Shown here: positions 7,917-12,131 of the stretch, in pieces | Layout: each line of letters starts with the position of its first letter | How positions within the stretch are numbered: the first letter of the stretch is position 1 | Assembly: GCA_013166835.1 (NCBI GenBank) | Contig: JABLTI010000079.1 | Coordinates: 1 to 12,131 of the forward strand | Source of the DNA: Promethearchaeati archaeon | GTDB lineage: Archaea > Asgardarchaeota > Heimdallarchaeia > JABLTI01 | Reading direction: 5' to 3' | DNA: 12,131 bases | The notes under the pieces: generated by a model | What the model was told of the DNA's origin: nothing | Database searches by the model: none | The model's input: only the letters and a program-made list of their open reading frames with translations | Position numbers and translations under genes: made by a program

Positions 7917-9716
7917 GTGTATTTGAGTTCTAAAGAGAAAATAGCTCAGCTTGTTGATATTAAAAATGAAAATGATTGTTCTTTATCTTTAATTGAAGAT
8001 GGTTGGGTAATTAATGGTGTTCTAGTGAGAAAGGATGAGTTTGAGCAAATTCTACCTTTAGTTTTTCGAGATATTCCCTCAGAGAAAAAAAGAACAAATT
8101 TCTTAATCGTATTAAAAAAACTTGAGAAGGATGCTATCGTTTATCTTCCATTTATTACCAATATCATATTAAAAAAATGGTTTGTTGAGAAAAAATTTAT
8201 TCAGAAATTTATCGAAATGATTATTTCAGTTACTGGTAATATTTCTGAGTATATCGATAAACTAAACGATATTAGATATCTTTCTGATTTAGGATCTCTA
8301 CTTGAAATTGATAGAAAATTTGACCTTTCTCTTTCTTGTTGGAAGAAAGCAGTTGATACAACACCAGCATTCTTCTTTGGTTGGATTAGATTGAGTTTTA
8401 ATCACATTCAATTAGGTGATCTAAATGAAGCTATACAAGCACTTTGGTATGGTGTTGTTAATAATAAGTACGATATTCCAGCTGGGAAGTTAAAAGGTAG
8501 GATAGATAAGAAATACCAACTTGAAATGGAAACTTTACTGAATAAATTACAAAAAAAAGAAAAACAAAATTACATGTTATTTTATATTCGGGGATTAATG
8601 GAAAATTATTTCCATAATGATCACAAATCAGCCATTGAATGTTTTAAGAAAAGTTTGAAATTAAATCCTCTTTTTACGGAAGCAGAAATACATCTAGCTA
8701 AATCCATCGGAAAAGCTGGAGATAAAGTTGGACAAATAAAAACTTATAAGAAAATCCTTGAAAGAGATGCGAAAAACACAAGAGCATTAAAAGAATTAGG
8801 ATTATATCACAAAAATAAAACAGATTATGATTTAGCAGTCCATTATTTTGAAATACTTCACAATCTTGAACCTAAAAATAAGAATTGGATTGCTGAACTT
8901 GCTTTTCTATACAGAACTTCGTCTCAAAAAGTAGGGGCTAGGTCCAAAAAATCATGGAAACGTGATTTAAAAAAATCGTATTCTTATTATAAAAAACTCA
9001 TTGCTATCGCTCCTTATGATGGTGAATATGTTTCCGGCTTTAATGGATTATTAATAGAACTTGCAAGATTCGTAGAAGCAAAAGATATTTTGTTCAACTA
9101 CATGACACTCAAAGGACCATCAAAGACTTTTATCCAAAAATTAGATGCAGCATATCAATGGCTGAAAGTACCATTTGATGAGCAAGAAGTTATAGAAGAA
9201 ATAAATTATAGAAGAAACAAGGATTCAGCTTATCCAAGAATACTAGAGTTCTTATCAACCGTCCGACCGGATATTCCTATCACACTTCCAAGAATAGCAA
9301 AATTTGTAGATTTTCCAGAAAAAAGAATGCAAGAAATATTAATAGAACTTGTTGAAGAAAATCCTGAAGTTGGGGAATATCTTGAATTGGAACAAGTTTT
9401 TATTCGAAAGCAAGATACTGATGAAATTATAAGTGATCTCAAGGTTAAGTATTCAACTTGTTATTATTGTGGTATGCCAATTGATTCTACTGATTTGTTT
9501 AATTGTTCTGCTTGTGACAAAGAGTTTCTCAAATGTAACGTATGCAAATTGCCGGTATCCTTCGGAGAAGAATTAGGGCAATGCAGTTTATGTGAAGCAT
9601 TAGGTCATCTTACGCATATTGAAGAATGGGTTAAGACTCAAGGAAAATGCCCTACATGTTTACAAGAAATACCTCTTCTAGGTGTAATTCCTTTGATAGA
9701 GGATTTGAAAAAATAA
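7917..9716 (+). CDS. TPR-repeat + PCI-like winged helix + zinc-finger/RING-like protein
   Basis: TPRs such as AIECFKKSLKLNP and ALKELGLYHKNKTDYDLAVHYFEILHNLEPKN; winged helix ITLPRIAKFVDFPEKRMQEILIELVEENPEVGEY (~9228-9410); C-terminal 5x CxxC plus GHLTHIEEW...CPTC (9459-9716). GTG start. Confidence 0.88.
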   Translation: MYLSSKEKIAQLVDIKNENDCSLSLIEDGWVINGVLVRKDEFEQILPLVFRDIPSEKKRTNFLIVLKKLEKDAIVYLPFITNIILKKWFVEKKFIQKFIEMIISVTGNISEYIDKLNDIRYLSDLGSLLEIDRKFDLSLSCWKKAVDTTPAFFFGWIRLSFNHIQLGDLNEAIQALWYGVVNNKYDIPAGKLKGRIDKKYQLEMETLLNKLQKKEKQNYMLFYIRGLMENYFHNDHKSAIECFKKSLKLNPLFTEAEIHLAKSIGKAGDKVGQIKTYKKILERDAKNTRALKELGLYHKNKTDYDLAVHYFEILHNLEPKNKNWIAELAFLYRTSSQKVGARSKKSWKRDLKKSYSYYKKLIAIAPYDGEYVSGFNGLLIELARFVEAKDILFNYMTLKGPSKTFIQKLDAAYQWLKVPFDEQEVIEEINYRRNKDSAYPRILEFLSTVRPDIPITLPRIAKFVDFPEKRMQEILIELVEENPEVGEYLELEQVFIRKQDTDEIISDLKVKYSTCYYCGMPIDSTDLFNCSACDKEFLKCNVCKLPVSFGEELGQCSLCEALGHLTHIEEWVKTQGKCPTCLQEIPLLGVIPLIEDLKK

Positions 9717-9718
9717 TT

Positions 9719-9808
9719 GATGCTCGAACTCACACTGCTCCTTGAAGAACTAGCAGGACGGTTTAGGAAGGACCTGCTTAGTTGGGATTTACCAGTAGAT
9801 TGAGCATC
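9719..9808. ncRNA. Candidate structured RNA / long imperfect hairpin between convergent genes
   Basis: GATGCTCGA (9719-9727) pairs with TTGAGCATC (9800-9808); ACTG/CAGT; AACTA-GCAGG (9748-9757) pairs with CCTGC-T-TAGTT (9773-9783). About 48% GC by manual count in an AT-rich context. Family not recognised. Confidence 0.4.
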
Positions 9809-9833
9809 CTGATAAAATAATGATAGATTTCAC

Positions 9834-12131
9834 TCATTCTATGATAGCAGATGCTAGTTTTTGCTTTTGAAGCAATCGTATACTTGGTGAAGCCGATATC
9901 AATATACATCCTATTGCAAAACCAAGAATTAACAGATAATCTCCCCAAAAATACACAGAATCCAATTTGAAGAAAAACTGACTAATGAAATATTGAATCA
10001 TTCGACCCAAACCTTCTCCACCAACTGCTATTCCAAAAAGAACAGCAAAAGTGATCAGAAAACCCAGCTCCAAGATGATTTGAAACCAAATTTGTCCTTT
10101 TTGAAATCCAAATGTTCTCTGCAATGCTATCTCACGTGTTCGTTCAATTATTGAAACAAAGGCTGTAACAAAGATAATTAGAAATGAAATAATCAAAGCT
10201 AAAATAATTGTTACTTTTACGATAAAGAGCTGTGTGTTAACCATGTGAACCATACGAGCTTCGTAAGTATCTTTCGTAATCGCATATTGAATTTGTATAT
10301 TTTCATTCAAATCTAAGAGAATTGAGTCTAAAGCTTCTGAACTCAAAGAATCTATATTATTCAATTGAAGAAAGGCATTATTTATCGCAGAAAATCCTAT
10401 TGTTTCTTCAATGGCAGGTATTAACATGAAGCATGAATTTGGTACGTCTAAATCACGGACTATACCAACAATTTCAATTCGAAACTCAGCACCGAATGAC
10501 GAGAAGTTAAAATAATCACCGATTTCAAGCCCCAAGGGTTTTGCAGAATAACTTGAGATTATCCCTTCTTGAGCCGTTGCATTAGAAAACATTGTACCTT
10601 CCTCAAGATTTAGTGAGAATAATGATGAATTGTGTTGTAACCCTCTGATTTCTAAACCGTAATCAGGCGTGTCCGGTATCTCAGCATTTCCATGTAAATA
10701 TGGTTCATAATTCTTGACAAAGATGTAATTTTCAAAAATACTCTCGATCTCAACTTCTGATTTGAAGGAATCAAATCGAGTTTGCACATCCCAATGGATC
10801 TGATCATTAAAGTAATTATCAAATGTTCCATTTATGGAAGACTGTGTTTGGATTAAGGCGAAGGAAATCGCAATAGCACCAATAAACGCACAAGTAATTA
10901 GAGTACCTCTTGCTCGATTTCGAGAAATATTGCGTAATGGATACTTTAGTGAAATGGATAAGATTGAATTTGGTTTTTGTGTTCTCTTCAAATTGGTTGG
11001 ATCTTTCTTCTTAGTCTTAACTTTATACTCAGATTTCCCTCGAATTGCTTCGTAAGGGGTCATTTTTACGTTACTTCGACAAGCAACATATGTGAAGACT
11101 TGGGAGGTAAGAACTACAAGAGCAGGAACAATACCTAGCGCTATGGGTGAGAATTGAGTCAATATCTGAGGGATCCCCCATCGGGAGACCAAGACACGAA
11201 CCATAATCTCTAATACACCATATGATCCAAGGATACCAATAAGAATAGAAAATAATGAGATAATTAACGTGCGGAGCATAAAAACCCGTAAGATGATTTT
11301 CGGTTTATAACCAAAAGCATACAACATACCAGTCTGTTTTCTCTGTTCAACAGCATATCGTTTAGTGATCAAATAAATGACGATTCCTGCACCCAAAATT
11401 ATTGCACAAGCCATAACGAAAAGTACTTGAGAGGTTAGATTGAGGACATCTTGGAATAAGGAACTAATGCTGAATTCTCGAACATACCAGGAATAGAGCA
11501 TTTGTGCTTCGATAGGATTGACTGCTTCGGATAAATCTGTTGCAAACGCTTCTACAAAGTCAAGGTCAGGATCATTTGGGAAATAAAATGCTATACTATC
11601 GAATTGAATTTCTGACCATTCATTAAATTCTTGGAAAGTATTGTAGTTAACATAGATGGCTCCTTCTAAGGATAAATCATAACTTAGAAATTCAATGGAT
11701 TTCACCAAGCCAACAATTTCTACTTCTTTCTCACCAGCTAAGGTATAAAGGGTAATCGAACTACCAATCTCAACATCTAATTCCTTGGCAAATGATTCCA
11801 GAATAAAAGCTGTATTATTTCGCAATTCTGAAAATGCTGTATCTGAACTTATCTGATTGACAACTGGAGGAGCGGTTGCATTAATTCCAATAATACTTGT
11901 ATAATACCAATTTGAAGCATGATACAACTGAAAACTACAAGAAGGGCGAATATCATATGAAACACCACTAAAGTTTAAATTGGTATTAATCAAATCATCC
12001 ACACTAGAGCGAACTTCATCAACATTTCCTTGAAAACCCATTTCCAAGTATGTCAATTTATATGATTCATTGCTTTCAATGACAGAAGCATTGATACTAG
12101 GATCAATTGAGAACATAGCTAACGGAAATGA
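9834..12131 (-). CDS. FtsX/MacB-type ABC transporter permease with duplicated extracellular + FtsX domains (5' end beyond the window)
   Basis: Two FtsX signatures (VEQRKQTGMLYAFGY; IIERTREIALQRTFGF), internal LRNISRNRARGTL, two extracellular domains with IVG-x-V. The frame is open upstream of ATG 12116 to the window edge (SFPLA-MFS). Confidence 0.92.
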   Translation of the reverse strand, partial: SFPLAMFSIDPSINASVIESNESYKLTYLEMGFQGNVDEVRSSVDDLINTNLNFSGVSYDIRPSCSFQLYHASNWYYTSIIGINATAPPVVNQISSDTAFSELRNNTAFILESFAKELDVEIGSSITLYTLAGEKEVEIVGLVKSIEFLSYDLSLEGAIYVNYNTFQEFNEWSEIQFDSIAFYFPNDPDLDFVEAFATDLSEAVNPIEAQMLYSWYVREFSISSLFQDVLNLTSQVLFVMACAIILGAGIVIYLITKRYAVEQRKQTGMLYAFGYKPKIILRVFMLRTLIISLFSILIGILGSYGVLEIMVRVLVSRWGIPQILTQFSPIALGIVPALVVLTSQVFTYVACRSNVKMTPYEAIRGKSEYKVKTKKKDPTNLKRTQKPNSILSISLKYPLRNISRNRARGTLITCAFIGAIAISFALIQTQSSINGTFDNYFNDQIHWDVQTRFDSFKSEVEIESIFENYIFVKNYEPYLHGNAEIPDTPDYGLEIRGLQHNSSLFSLNLEEGTMFSNATAQEGIISSYSAKPLGLEIGDYFNFSSFGAEFRIEIVGIVRDLDVPNSCFMLIPAIEETIGFSAINNAFLQLNNIDSLSSEALDSILLDLNENIQIQYAITKDTYEARMVHMVNTQLFIVKVTIILALIISFLIIFVTAFVSIIERTREIALQRTFGFQKGQIWFQIILELGFLITFAVLFGIAVGGEGLGRMIQYFISQFFFKLDSVYFWGDYLLILGFAIGCILISASPSIRLLQKQKLASAIIE

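Noticed and set aside
9230-9442. 70-aa minus-strand ORF
   Set aside because: Antisense shadow of the TPR-PCI-RING gene.
9719-9808. Hairpin read as a tRNA (GAGTTCGA and CTGGTA on the minus strand) or as a functional SECIS
   Set aside because: No T-stem or cloverleaf can be formed. No in-frame UGA at a Cys-equivalent position in either flanking gene within the window, and the apical loop lacks the usual leading AA.
10834-11055. 73-aa plus-strand ORF
   Set aside because: Antisense shadow of the ABC permease.

Overview
AT-rich (roughly 30% GC by eye), gene-dense prokaryotic window whose protein repertoire suggests an Asgard archaeon, probably Heimdallarchaeia-like (inference from protein families, no marker gene present). 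It holds about 14 CDSs: a membrane-anchored WD40 protein cut by the left edge (not in the ORF track), a winged-helix regulator, a HAD-fold protein lacking its catalytic Asp, a stand-alone 2-oxoacid dehydrogenase E2 catalytic domain, two small hypotheticals, a flavodoxin-like protein, a HEAT-repeat protein, a beta-lactamase-family serine hydrolase, a non-canonical arginase-family enzyme and an FtsX/MacB-type ABC permease cut by the right edge. The main signal is that two otherwise unrelated proteins about 6.4 kb apart, a gelsolin-like domain protein (2669-3328) and a TPR + PCI-like winged-helix protein (7917-9716), end in the same ~84-aa zinc-finger + C4-H2-C2 RING module. Its ligand pattern resembles the C-terminal ZnF-RING domains of eukaryotic GATOR2/SEACAT subunits. 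A GC-rich ~90-nt hairpin directly after the TPR-PCI-RING gene is a candidate ncRNA. No rRNA, tRNA, CRISPR array or transposase was seen.
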